This document shows positions 29,974-39,927 of a stretch of 64,000 nucleotides of DNA, piece after piece. The translations under genes were made by a program, and so were the position numbers. Every line of letters starts with the position of its first letter. The stretch's first letter is position 1. The notes below the pieces were generated by a model. It had not been told where the DNA came from. It did not search any database and saw nothing but the letters and a program-made list of their open reading frames with translations. Source of the stretch: a virus (lineage: Duplodnaviria; Caudoviricetes). The stretch lies in the IMG/VR virus record IMGVR_UViG_3300025867_000005; one strand, 5' to 3'.

Positions 29974-30591
29974 ATGGATTTTTGTGTAAATGTAGAAAGA
30001 ATGAAGCTGAGCCTATTGAAACCTGCGATGTACAATCCCCGCACAATTTCTGAAGACGCATTTTCAGGACTTGGTAAGAGTTTGGAAAGATTCGGAATAC
30101 TTGCCAATATCGTTTGGAACCGCAGAACAGGGAATATTGTCGGCGGACACCAACGTTACAAACAGTTGATTGAAAAGGGGATCAAAGAAACGGATGTGAT
30201 TGTTGTTGACTTGGATGACACGGAAGAAGTGACGTTGAATATCGCCTTGAACAGCGGTGCGATTAAAGGGGATTTTACACAGGGAGCTATCGCCGCATTG
30301 CGTATGACTGAAGCGAAAATCGGTGAGGCCTTTCAGGAGATAAAACTTGACGGGTTGCTTGAAAAACTCGAAAAGAAGAACAAGAAAAAGGAAAAGAAAC
30401 CAAAGAAAGATGGTGACGGATATCAAGACGCAGACCCGATGAACATGCAGATAGAACTTACCGAACCGATTATCAATTGCCCACACTGTGGAAGCAAATG
30501 GGAAATGGATTCTAAGAAAGTCATATTTGACAACAGTTCTTCTGTAGTAGATGCGAAAGAAGAAAAAGATGGAGAGGACAAGTCGATTTAA
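29974..30591 (+). CDS. ParB/Srx-domain protein with C-terminal CPxCG ribbon
   Basis: LKPAMYNPR, SLERFG, IVGGHQR, NIALN, CPHCG. Start moved to the ATG after aaggag. Confidence 0.82.
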   Translation: MDFCVNVERMKLSLLKPAMYNPRTISEDAFSGLGKSLERFGILANIVWNRRTGNIVGGHQRYKQLIEKGIKETDVIVVDLDDTEEVTLNIALNSGAIKGDFTQGAIAALRMTEAKIGEAFQEIKLDGLLEKLEKKNKKKEKKPKKDGDGYQDADPMNMQIELTEPIINCPHCGSKWEMDSKKVIFDNSSSVVDAKEEKDGEDKSI

Positions 30592-30611
30592 AATTCAAGG
30601 AGATTGACGGT

Positions 30612-30992
30612 ATGAATGAAAACGTTTTCAAAGAAGAATATGACAGTAAAGTAGCCGGTTTCAGAAGGCAGGCGAATCAAGACCTTTCTGTTTTCAAGAA
30701 GGTTATCCTAAAATGTCTACAATCTGGTGTCGTTGAAGGCAAGGAAGCACAGATTCTTAAACGGGTCAATCAGAATCTTTCGTCCTATCCTTCAAACAGA
30801 TCTTCCGTTCTAAAAGATATCTCAGATGTTCTCAAAGCACTGGATATCAAAACCGGACAAGGATTGTCGGAAACAAATTCTAGACTTCAGGGTGTCATTT
30901 TGGATTTGTCTGAACTCTATGACAGGCTAAGTGGAATCCGCACGAAGATCGCGGAAGTCGCAAGGATGCTTTCAGAGAAGACAATAGTATAA
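30612..30992 (+). CDS. Hypothetical helical protein
   Basis: aggag RBS; C-terminal KIAEVARML. Confidence 0.65.
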   Translation: MNENVFKEEYDSKVAGFRRQANQDLSVFKKVILKCLQSGVVEGKEAQILKRVNQNLSSYPSNRSSVLKDISDVLKALDIKTGQGLSETNSRLQGVILDLSELYDRLSGIRTKIAEVARMLSEKTIV

Positions 30993-31008
30993 TGAAAGGA
31001 AACTAACG

Positions 31009-31599
31009 ATGAGTAAAGAAATCAAAGAGTGGAATGTTTTGCCTGTGGCGGTAGATGATGTTATCCCGATGCCTAATAATGAGCGCTTCATTGAACAGCG
31101 TAACATGGAAGGTCTGAAGCACAGCATAAGAAGATTCGGTTTGGTTGAATTGCCGATTTACAACCAACGGACAAAACATCTTATCGGAGGACATCAGCGT
31201 TTCTATTCGATGAAGGAAATGGGGGCTGAAATCATCGACATGCTTGTTGTCGACATGGACGAGGAAGAAGAACTCGCCGCTAATCTGACGATGAACAATC
31301 CCGAAATACAGGGAGACTTTACGGCGGGAACCGTAGACCTTTTGAACGAATTGGAACTCAAAGATAAGGACATGTTCCAAAGTCTTAACATGGATGTACT
31401 GAAAAAAGAAGTCGAGAAGCTTGTTCCTAAAGTACCGGCCTTGCCGAACAAAGATATAAGTCTTCCAAATCCTGATTTTGACAGTGTTTGCCCTTGCTGC
31501 GGCCACAAATGGACGGTGGGGATGAAAGACATTTCTGTTGAGAATATACCACAAATCAATGGAACCGGAGATGAAGAAAAAGAGGGTAAAGGTGAGTGA
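31009..31599 (+). CDS. ParB/Srx-domain protein (paralogue) with CPCCG
   Basis: SIRRFG, LIGGHQR, ANLTMN, CPCCG. Confidence 0.8.
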   Translation: MSKEIKEWNVLPVAVDDVIPMPNNERFIEQRNMEGLKHSIRRFGLVELPIYNQRTKHLIGGHQRFYSMKEMGAEIIDMLVVDMDEEEELAANLTMNNPEIQGDFTAGTVDLLNELELKDKDMFQSLNMDVLKKEVEKLVPKVPALPNKDISLPNPDFDSVCPCCGHKWTVGMKDISVENIPQINGTGDEEKEGKGE

Positions 31600-32284
31600 A
31601 ATAAGGAATAGCCTTATACGTATTTCTAAGCTCTTACTTTCAGCAGACGGATGGGAAAGCCCGACAGGTAAACGTCATAGCTGGAGAAGGAAGCTAAATG
31701 ACGGCAATTACGAATATCGCTATAAAGATCCTTCTAATAAAGACGCGAAGAATCAGCCTCAGGAAACATCTTCTTATCCGACTAGAGTCCCACCGAAGTT
31801 GGCATCTGTCCTCAGTGTAAAGGAAGATTTGATCAGATATAACAGTTTTGAAACACTGGTTTGTTTTGATGAAAACGGAAATAAGATTTTTGATTTGACA
31901 GGGAACGAAGATTCAGTAGTATTTTCAGGTAAAGAATCTTTAGTCGTTGGGAATTGGCTTACCCATAATCATCCAAGATCAACTTCTTTCTCGCGAGAAG
32001 ACATTCAAGCCTTGAAGAAGCACAAAGGAAAAGGAATACGGGTAGTAAGCGAAAAATACGACTATGAATTTTGTTTCTTAGATGACTACGTATTGAATGA
32101 TGAACAGACGGCGGAAGAACTTGCGAAATTAAACATGCAAGTCCGCAATAACTTCGAAGACCTGATTTTAAAAGGGAAATTGTCTATAGAAGATGCGAAT
32201 GCCAATCACCAACACACTTTAATTGAACTTTTCGCAAAGACAATTCCAGGAGTTTTTTATGCAAGAAAACCACATATTAGATGA
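31592..32284 (+). CDS. Protein with JAB/MPN-like metallopeptidase motif and N-terminal tag
   Basis: FETLVCFDENG...THNHP..SFS.EDI (E...HxH...S..D); GTG start. Confidence 0.55.
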   Translation: MSEIRNSLIRISKLLLSADGWESPTGKRHSWRRKLNDGNYEYRYKDPSNKDAKNQPQETSSYPTRVPPKLASVLSVKEDLIRYNSFETLVCFDENGNKIFDLTGNEDSVVFSGKESLVVGNWLTHNHPRSTSFSREDIQALKKHKGKGIRVVSEKYDYEFCFLDDYVLNDEQTAEELAKLNMQVRNNFEDLILKGKLSIEDANANHQHTLIELFAKTIPGVFYARKPHIR

Positions 32285-33044
32285 TTTCTCAGATCGATTC
32301 CCTCCTTATGGAAACGAAACTGATTATCAGAAGCTTAAAGCTGAATTCGAAAAACGTTTCGGTAAACAAGATTTCACTGTTTGGGGTCTTGAAAACTACA
32401 GCCTACACAATTACGGCAGACTTTATGACGCCATCATTAAGAATCAGACAACTAAACCTTCTGTGACAAGAAGAGAACATGTGCTGGATGCTGGTCTAAC
32501 TGAAAGGCTACAGAAACGTATTGCAATGATGACAAAACAGGATTCATCCAGATTGGCTTCTGACTTCCAAGATGTCAGCGATCTTCAGTTCAAATTCCGC
32601 AAGCAGCTGTTTGATCTTTATTCCGAGAACAGGGACGACAAAACAGATGAATATTTCAAGGAATTGAAGAAGCTGGAAAAAGAACAGAAACGTGAAGTCC
32701 AGCAAGTAGCCAAATCAATCTATGACGAAGTGAAAGAAACTCTCGGCCATAGTCAGAAGGTCGGTACAAAGGAAGTTGAAAACAAATACAACTTTTGGCT
32801 CTACAAGGGAAATACAGGCATGAAGATAACCGTACTTAAAGACGGCAAAAAGATCATGACTCTTAAATGCGGACGCGACATTGATCATGAAACCAGCGGC
32901 GCAAGGGAAAAAGTATTGACGATTCTTGGAAATGAAGATGAATTGAACAAGAAGAGAGACAAAGAAAAATTCGTCATTTCTTATGCAGATACGGCAAAAG
33001 ACATTCTTAGGATTTATGCCGATACTTTGAAGAAAGTTATCTGA
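32259..33044 (+). CDS. Hypothetical protein
   Basis: aggag RBS before the ATG at 32259. Confidence 0.65.
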   Translation: MQENHILDDFSDRFPPYGNETDYQKLKAEFEKRFGKQDFTVWGLENYSLHNYGRLYDAIIKNQTTKPSVTRREHVLDAGLTERLQKRIAMMTKQDSSRLASDFQDVSDLQFKFRKQLFDLYSENRDDKTDEYFKELKKLEKEQKREVQQVAKSIYDEVKETLGHSQKVGTKEVENKYNFWLYKGNTGMKITVLKDGKKIMTLKCGRDIDHETSGAREKVLTILGNEDELNKKRDKEKFVISYADTAKDILRIYADTLKKVI

Positions 33045-33115
33045 AAATACCTATATGTTTCATAATCAAAATTGATAAGTCTTTTTATAGGTATGTAACA
33101 AAGGATTTATCAGAT

Positions 33116-34015
33116 ATGAAAATACTATCTTTAGACGGTGGCGGAGTGTTCGGGGTAGGACAAGCACTTATTCTATCGCAACTAGATAACAGCAAGTGGG
33201 ATCTTGTCTGTGGAACAAGCATCGGTTCAGCCGTAGCGGCATTTGTAGCTACAGGAAAGGAAATCAATGTAGACTTTTTCAGAGAACACATGCCTGAAAT
33301 TTTCAATCCTTCTGCCTTCCGAAACCCTCTTTGGGTGTCAAGATACAGTGACAAGTATATCAACAAATTGCTTTCCAAAACCTTTAAGGGGGAAATGCTT
33401 AAGGACACCCAGATTCCGATATATATCACGGCTTCTTCGATCAGCGGACATTCTCCTAAAGTGTTTTCAAGCCTAAGCGTGGAAGACGGAACCATGCTTA
33501 TCAGCGATTGCGTAAGGGCGAGCTGTGCAGCTCAGACGTATTTCAGACCCTGGCAGGGTTATGGAGACGGGGGTATTTTTACCAACAACCCAAGTATGGT
33601 TGCGGTTACATGGGCAATGCGTGAATTCGGGATAGGCATGGACGAAATCGAACTTTGCAGTATCGGAACCGGTGCATTTTCAAGAAGCGGATATGAAAAC
33701 GGAGACAACCTCGTCTATTGGGGAAATTGGATGGTACGAGCCTTATTCGAAGGTGGCGCTGATAAACTGTTTGATGAAATGGCATCTTCGTTGCCACTTA
33801 AGAGATATGACAGGTATCAATTCGTTAAACGTCCTTATTGGAAAATCGACAACATTGAACATATGAGGGAAGCTATTGAAGATTGGATGCACCCTGCCCT
33901 CGATATGAGTTTAGAAATCAAACACGGAATTCTATCATCAGATGAATACGAAGGTGAAATGATCACCCTCAATACTGAAGAAGAAGACAATTTTAACAAA
34001 GCGATGAAAATTTAG
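33116..34015 (+). CDS. Patatin-like phospholipase
   Basis: ILSLDGGG, GTSIG (GxSxG), ASCAAQTYF, DGG. Confidence 0.88.
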   Translation: MKILSLDGGGVFGVGQALILSQLDNSKWDLVCGTSIGSAVAAFVATGKEINVDFFREHMPEIFNPSAFRNPLWVSRYSDKYINKLLSKTFKGEMLKDTQIPIYITASSISGHSPKVFSSLSVEDGTMLISDCVRASCAAQTYFRPWQGYGDGGIFTNNPSMVAVTWAMREFGIGMDEIELCSIGTGAFSRSGYENGDNLVYWGNWMVRALFEGGADKLFDEMASSLPLKRYDRYQFVKRPYWKIDNIEHMREAIEDWMHPALDMSLEIKHGILSSDEYEGEMITLNTEEEDNFNKAMKI

Positions 34016-34023
34016 GAAAAAAT

Positions 34024-34431
34024 ATGACAATGAATTATGGAGAGGCGATAGCTTACTTTAAGTCGGTTAAACAGATAGACAAGGTAATTGCCTTGTTCGG
34101 AAATCAACCATTGATTGAAGCTTTGCTGGCTTGGAAATCCATACAGATACGCTTTAAGGAATCGGGTTTGACATATGAAGGGCTTTCAGATACAGAACTC
34201 TGGGATAAGCTTTGGGAGAATGTCGAATTCTCTAAGGAACGCTGGGCGGTTATCGCGGGAATCAAGCCACAATTGGCTAACAATATTTTTGAAAGACTAA
34301 GAGGATACCGTTTAATCTTTCCTGACGGCACAATTGATGTCATTGCGAACCAATACGTCAATTCAATCATTATTGATAAACTGGGCTTGAACACACCTAA
34401 AGAAAGCCACGATAAAAAAACCAAAGAATAA
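34024..34431 (+). CDS. Hypothetical protein
   Basis: RBS; ORF track. Confidence 0.65.
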   Translation: MTMNYGEAIAYFKSVKQIDKVIALFGNQPLIEALLAWKSIQIRFKESGLTYEGLSDTELWDKLWENVEFSKERWAVIAGIKPQLANNIFERLRGYRLIFPDGTIDVIANQYVNSIIIDKLGLNTPKESHDKKTKE

Positions 34432-34475
34432 ACCTATTGTGTTTTGCAACAACGTAACACAAAGGAAAAAAAGAA

Positions 34476-34769
34476 ATGTCAAAAGAATTGTTCGATGTTA
34501 AGTTTACAGGCAAGAATGACAACCGTAAGTTTCAGATGGTGCGTAACCTTTGGACAGCGGTTTCTGACAACAAGAACCGTTATTCCAGGGTTCAGTTTGT
34601 ATCTATGCGCAGTCATAAGGACAGCGTTAGTTTCGGTCTGAAGTATATCACATCAGACGGGAAGCGTTCTGGTATGGTGAGAATCAGCGAAGCTCTTCCT
34701 TTTGAAATCGGTGTTATGACGACTCCGGCCGTGATTCAGACGTTGAAGGTTTTCGACAGTTATCGTTAA
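34476..34769 (+). CDS. Hypothetical protein
   Basis: RBS; ORF track. Confidence 0.6.
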   Translation: MSKELFDVKFTGKNDNRKFQMVRNLWTAVSDNKNRYSRVQFVSMRSHKDSVSFGLKYITSDGKRSGMVRISEALPFEIGVMTTPAVIQTLKVFDSYR

Positions 34770-35054
34770 ATGAAACTAGAAGAACTTCCTGACATCCCTG
34801 GTCATCTTTTTAAAGATGTCTGTTGGCAAAACGACAGCAAAACTTTAATCGGGAAATACAGTCCTTTTATTTGCCCTCACGGCAAGATGGTAGTCAAGTG
34901 GATCAGCTATGACAAAGAAAAACAAGAAGCTACTCTGTTTGTCCATTCAGGTTCTGACAAATACAAAGGGAAAACGGCGGTTTCCAAAGTGATACCGGCG
35001 CTCAAATTCACAGCGGGGACAGAGAATCTTTTGCCATTCTTTTTGTCACTGTAA
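34770..35054 (+). CDS. Hypothetical protein
   Basis: Its ATG abuts the upstream TAA. Confidence 0.6.
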   Translation: MKLEELPDIPGHLFKDVCWQNDSKTLIGKYSPFICPHGKMVVKWISYDKEKQEATLFVHSGSDKYKGKTAVSKVIPALKFTAGTENLLPFFLSL

Positions 35055-35062
35055 GGAATGAA

Positions 35063-35093
35063 GAAAGAAGACTTTCGGGTCTTCTTTTTTTTT
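35063..35093 (+). terminator. Intrinsic terminator (TTCG loop)
   Basis: aaagaagact-ttcg-ggtcttcttt plus long T run. Confidence 0.8.
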
Positions 35094-35121
35094 ATAGACT
35101 TTACACCTTATGAGGTAAAAA

Positions 35122-36258
35122 ATGTCATATTTAGGAAATCTTGAAAACTTTGACGCGGCGGCGACAACCCCTTGTGATGAAAGGGTTTTGAAAAAGATAA
35201 TCCCGTATTTCGTAGATCAATTTACCAATGCTGATTCTTCCAACAGTAAAGCGAGAATGATCCGTTATCTCATTTCTAAAGCGGCCGGAAGTATTTCTAT
35301 GTCTTCTTCTTTACAATGCAAACCAGAAGAAGTGGTTTTTACATCTGGCGGCACGGAATCAAATAATACCGTTATTCTCGGTTTCCCATATGCAGAAGGT
35401 AAAACGGTAGCGGTTTCAGCGACAGAACACAAGTCGGTCTTGAAAACAGCGGAAAAGATACAAGGACATCAGATTATTCCTGTTTTAGAAAACGGGATCG
35501 TTGACCTTGTGGCGTTAGAAGATTTGCTAAAGACAGGGAAAATTGGCTTAGTCAGTATTCATGCTGTAAACAATGAAACAGGAGCCATACAGCCGGTTTC
35601 AGACATTAAAAAGCTTTGTTCTGATTATGGGGCATGTTTTCACACCGATGCCAGCCAATATTGGGGGAAAGTACCAGAAAGGCTTGATGCAGATTACATT
35701 ACAATCTCTGGACACAAGGCACATGCTCCCAAGGGCGTAGGCGCGTTAATCATGAAAGATACGGCACCTTCAATCCGTCCTTTGCTTGTAGGCGGCAATC
35801 ATCAGAATGGCAGAAGGGCCGGAACCCTTGCTGTCCCTCTTATTGTCGGTATGGGGATGGTGACTGAATATTTCAAAGAGAACTATGACTTTTGTAACAG
35901 GATCAAGCTTCTAAGAGATAACATGCTTGATGATTTGACAATGTACGGCAATGTCGTTCTTAACACAGATAAGAATTGTCAAGCTCTATTCCTTAATTTT
36001 TCATTGACGGACATTGAAGCTTCCGACGTTATCGCCTATCTTGAGAAGCAACACGGAATAATTGTCAGCAGAGGAAGCGCTTGTATGGAGGGTAGAACTA
36101 GCCATGTCATAGCTAGCATGCGTGGGAAGACGAAAGAAATGGCATCTAACAGCATCAGGATATCTTGGTCGAAGTTCAACAAGACAAGCAATTTTATGTC
36201 TTTGCCGCACATCATAGAAAATTCTATCGAAGAAATGAAAAAGCAAACGATAATTTGA
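35122..36258 (+). CDS. Cysteine desulfurase (IscS/NifS/DndA family, PLP-dependent)
   Basis: DAAATTP, FTSGGTESNN, EHKSV, NNETG, HTDASQ, SGHK..PKGVG, RAGT, SRGSAC. Confidence 0.9.
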   Translation: MSYLGNLENFDAAATTPCDERVLKKIIPYFVDQFTNADSSNSKARMIRYLISKAAGSISMSSSLQCKPEEVVFTSGGTESNNTVILGFPYAEGKTVAVSATEHKSVLKTAEKIQGHQIIPVLENGIVDLVALEDLLKTGKIGLVSIHAVNNETGAIQPVSDIKKLCSDYGACFHTDASQYWGKVPERLDADYITISGHKAHAPKGVGALIMKDTAPSIRPLLVGGNHQNGRRAGTLAVPLIVGMGMVTEYFKENYDFCNRIKLLRDNMLDDLTMYGNVVLNTDKNCQALFLNFSLTDIEASDVIAYLEKQHGIIVSRGSACMEGRTSHVIASMRGKTKEMASNSIRISWSKFNKTSNFMSLPHIIENSIEEMKKQTII

Positions 36259-36275
36259 TATTCTCCACCATATTT

Positions 36276-39152
36276 ATGAAAATGCCGAGATATGCTTTAG
36301 ACAAACCAAATACACAGAAGCCTGTGCAGAATCCCACTGTACCCAAAACCCTCCCCAAGAACATAGAAGAACCCGATTATGTTTGGGACCCAGATCACAA
36401 GAACAAACCGGAAGGTGGTGATTGGAAAGAGACAGACAAGGGTTGGTCTAAGGCTAAGAAACCACAGAAGCAGAAACAACCTTCTAAGTCGAAGAAGACT
36501 GTCAAAAAAGATGTCCGTCAGGAAGTAGAAGACAAAACTAAAGCCGCAGCCAAAACCGTAGAAGAATATTACGGTAAAATTGACGACGGTGAAAAGGAGA
36601 AAATCAACAAGGAAACGCAAGCCCTGTTGCGCGACTATATCGAAAAAGCGGCTAAGGGAGAACCAGCCATTCTTCCAGAACTCAGTCATGAAGCCAAGAA
36701 AAAATTCCTACAGGCTCTTTTTATTACCGTCAGGGCTAAACAGATAGAATCTATTCCTGTTCAGGACAAGACTCTTAAAGAAAACCAGACTAAGATTGTC
36801 AATGATTTGTACGGTCATGCCAATAAGGCTTTGGAAGAAGTGGTAGAAGACATCAATACCAGGTCTATCACTCAAAAAAACATCAGGCCGAATACAGCCA
36901 AGGGATTCATTCCTAAACCATCAGACAAAGACGTTTCGAAACAGTCTGAAACGGAATTCTCTGACACTTTGGCGCTTTCAGATGAAAAGGACTATATTCA
37001 GGCGTTCCGCAAGAAACCTTCTATGCGAGGTATGGAATTTTCTTCTTTGCCACAAAACGAACAGGAACAGGCAGACCGGCTTGCTTATAACAACAAGCTT
37101 TATGGGGAAAACTTTTCAAGGCTTAATTGGAGCATCAAGGATATCGTCAAGTACCATCCTACCAAAAACAGGAATTCTTTCATTGTCGACGGATATGTGA
37201 AAAATCCTAATTCCGTAGTTTCTGACATTTCTATCCCCGTGAACGAGGCCGACCCTGCAAAGATGGCTAAGGCGATGAACAGTTTGATGAAAAAGCTTGT
37301 CGGATTAGGATTTAAAGGAATTGTCGAAACAGGGAAGAACGCCGAAGATATCGCAATGAATAAAGGCATGTTGACAGTCAGCACCGACAATCCCAAACAT
37401 GCGTTGGCGGTAAACGATATCATCAAGGAAACCTTTGCCGAAAACGGCATCCATGCCGATTCCTCTGTACACAAAAAACAATTCGGAATGGATGAAGAAA
37501 ACCTTTTTGACTATGGAACGAGGTTGAAAAAGATTGTTCCGAAGGATGGTTCAGGATTTGAATTGCCGCTAAAGGATTTGCCCAAATATATGGCCGCTGC
37601 CCGTTATAACGGCGTGGATTTGATCGTAGAAAAGGGTGGCAAGTTTAATCTTGTCCCTCATGACGCCAACAGTGAAGTCGGCAAACTAGGCATAGACGGG
37701 ATGACGGACAGGCATCCGAAAGAACTGATTGCAGAACTCTACTTTGCTAACAAGAAAGACAAGCAGCCGAAACCAGAACTTTCTGCCATTGAATTAGAAG
37801 ACCCGTTCGCGGATATCCGTAAAAATCTTCCAGAAGAAGAGAAAGAACCTGACTTTTCAATATTGGATACTGAAAAAGAGGAACTGGTTCAAGAAGAAAA
37901 ACAGGAACCTAAGCCGGAACCCGTGCCTTCTTTTGATGGAGAAAAGATAGAAGAAAACGTAAAATCCATCTCTGACAAGGCGGTAATGAAAGACTTGTCA
38001 GTCTTTAATGATATCAAAGCAACCCTACAGGGGATGATTGGTGACATTTCGGCGTCACGTAATGTAAGACTGTATCCGCAATACAAAAAGGCGATCGGAA
38101 AGATAGCACTAGGACTTCTCAAAGGAGAAATAAATGACAAGACTCCTCCTGAAGTAACGGAACTTTTCAAGAAGGTCGAAGATTCGATAAAAGATTATCA
38201 GGCTCCAGTTATGCCGAAGACAACAAAAGCATTTAATTTCGAAGCTATGCCGAACTACAAGAAGCTAGCCGATGTCGGAACTACGGAAGACATTTCAGAC
38301 GTTTCCAGTAGGGATACCGGTTGGAAATATACGGAACAATCGGGTAAGCCGATGATCATTTCAAAAACTTCCAACGGCATACACGGTCTTGAATTCGGCA
38401 CAAAAGAAGAAGCAAAAGCATGGGCTAGAAAGAATCCGTACGTCGGGGATAAGTTCAAAGTTGACAGCGTGGAAGACTACGGCTATGAATTTGAGAAAGA
38501 TGCGGATTTGAATTCGGGTAAAAGACTTAGCAAAGCCTTGAAACCAGACACGTCTAAGGTTGGCGCAATTCTTGATCATTACAAGATCGGAGAGGGAGAC
38601 GACAGGCTTAAATACATCCTTGGATACAAAAGGTATCTATTGAACCAAGCTTCAGATGAAGATAAGAACGAAATCTATTCCAACGGTTTGAAGAATTGGC
38701 TAGGCAAAAAATCATCAACTGATTTAAAATCAGACTTTTTGGATCGAATGGCGGCATCAGACCCTGAAAACAGCGACGGTCTTAAAAACGCCATGAATGA
38801 AATCAGCCCGGAAGACTTCGTTAAGCTTATTAATGGAATCGGAGTTGTTACTCCTGGAACCAGACAATCAAGCCTTCAGGAACGGCGAACACGTATGGCT
38901 GACATCGTTTTCAACACGTATGAGGCTCCAGACGGATTAAAACCCATCCAGAAGCTTCCTGTTGTTGTGGAAGGGATGAAAGTAAATGAACCTTTCAGGG
39001 TTAAGAGTCTTGAAGGGGATTATGCCCAAGGCAAACCTGGAGATTATCTAATTCATGGTATAGAAGGAGAAAACTATATCTGTGATGCTGATATCTTCCA
39101 CAAGACATATAAAGGAATTACCGAATCCATAAAGAAGGCAAGAAGGGCATAA
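36276..39152 (+). CDS. Large mosaic protein with N-terminal YVWDPDH tag and C-terminal PGDYG-like domain
   Basis: YVWDPDHKNKPEGGDWKETDKGWSK; GKPGDYLIHGIEGENYICDADIFHKTY; K/E-rich linkers. Confidence 0.7.
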   Translation: MKMPRYALDKPNTQKPVQNPTVPKTLPKNIEEPDYVWDPDHKNKPEGGDWKETDKGWSKAKKPQKQKQPSKSKKTVKKDVRQEVEDKTKAAAKTVEEYYGKIDDGEKEKINKETQALLRDYIEKAAKGEPAILPELSHEAKKKFLQALFITVRAKQIESIPVQDKTLKENQTKIVNDLYGHANKALEEVVEDINTRSITQKNIRPNTAKGFIPKPSDKDVSKQSETEFSDTLALSDEKDYIQAFRKKPSMRGMEFSSLPQNEQEQADRLAYNNKLYGENFSRLNWSIKDIVKYHPTKNRNSFIVDGYVKNPNSVVSDISIPVNEADPAKMAKAMNSLMKKLVGLGFKGIVETGKNAEDIAMNKGMLTVSTDNPKHALAVNDIIKETFAENGIHADSSVHKKQFGMDEENLFDYGTRLKKIVPKDGSGFELPLKDLPKYMAAARYNGVDLIVEKGGKFNLVPHDANSEVGKLGIDGMTDRHPKELIAELYFANKKDKQPKPELSAIELEDPFADIRKNLPEEEKEPDFSILDTEKEELVQEEKQEPKPEPVPSFDGEKIEENVKSISDKAVMKDLSVFNDIKATLQGMIGDISASRNVRLYPQYKKAIGKIALGLLKGEINDKTPPEVTELFKKVEDSIKDYQAPVMPKTTKAFNFEAMPNYKKLADVGTTEDISDVSSRDTGWKYTEQSGKPMIISKTSNGIHGLEFGTKEEAKAWARKNPYVGDKFKVDSVEDYGYEFEKDADLNSGKRLSKALKPDTSKVGAILDHYKIGEGDDRLKYILGYKRYLLNQASDEDKNEIYSNGLKNWLGKKSSTDLKSDFLDRMAASDPENSDGLKNAMNEISPEDFVKLINGIGVVTPGTRQSSLQERRTRMADIVFNTYEAPDGLKPIQKLPVVVEGMKVNEPFRVKSLEGDYAQGKPGDYLIHGIEGENYICDADIFHKTYKGITESIKKARRA

Positions 39153-39206
39153 TTTTTTATACTCCATTCCTATAATGAATGATATTAGGAAGGAGTCTCG
39201 TGAATA

Positions 39207-39524
39207 ATGCTTTTGAAAAAAATCTCGCCTGCGTGTTTGACGCAAATAAGGAAAAAATACAGCCTTACGCATATCGTCATGTGGGCCAAATCAGAAGAAG
39301 GTCAATACGTTATTTCCAACGGAGACAACCCTGATACCTGTGTACAGGCGGCATTGCTTGCAAGCAGATTTAGGAAATTCCTTGGTTGGCCTAATATCAG
39401 CTTCGAAGTCGCACCGAAACTAGCTGAAGTTTTGGTGGAAAATGAAAAGCTCAAAAACGAAAATAAAGCACTGAAAGAAAAACTAAAGGCGGCTGGATAT
39501 GAAGAAAAGCGGAATGAGGAATAA
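39207..39524 (+). CDS. Hypothetical protein
   Basis: aggag RBS. Confidence 0.6.
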   Translation: MLLKKISPACLTQIRKKYSLTHIVMWAKSEEGQYVISNGDNPDTCVQAALLASRFRKFLGWPNISFEVAPKLAEVLVENEKLKNENKALKEKLKAAGYEEKRNEE

Positions 39525-39891
39525 GGCAAGTCCTGCCAAAAGGGCATTCGCCAAGTATCTCAGAAGGAATCAGACCCATCCTGAATTGGAACTTGGCAAA
39601 GCCTTGAAAGAGTACTTCCCGAATGTGCCGATATACAGTCAAAGCTTGAGCTACGGCTATATCCTTGACTTCTATGTCGCTTCAAACAAAGAAGGAGCGC
39701 CCTATAAGGGAATCGCGATAGAAGTAGACGGTCCTTGCCATCTTGCAAGGAAGGAATATGATAAACATCGTGATGCCGTGTTATGGAGTAAAGGAATCCG
39801 TACTTTAAGGTTTGATATTAAGGCAATAAAGAATAATCTGAAAGTAGTTTTGTCTATCATCTATTGCGAGTTGACAAAAATCAGAAAATAA
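39499..39891 (+). CDS. DUF559/Vsr-like endonuclease
   Basis: AKYLRRNQTHPE, YILDFY, IEVDGPCH, D..RD..L...GIRTLRF. Confidence 0.82.
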   Translation: MKKSGMRNKASPAKRAFAKYLRRNQTHPELELGKALKEYFPNVPIYSQSLSYGYILDFYVASNKEGAPYKGIAIEVDGPCHLARKEYDKHRDAVLWSKGIRTLRFDIKAIKNNLKVVLSIIYCELTKIRK

Positions 39892-39899
39892 GATACTAT
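39871..39899 (+). promoter_or_regulatory. sigma70-type promoter
   Basis: TTGACA-17 bp-TACTAT. Confidence 0.65.
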
Positions 39900-39927
39900 A
39901 TGTATTGAAGAAAGGTTTATCAGAATT

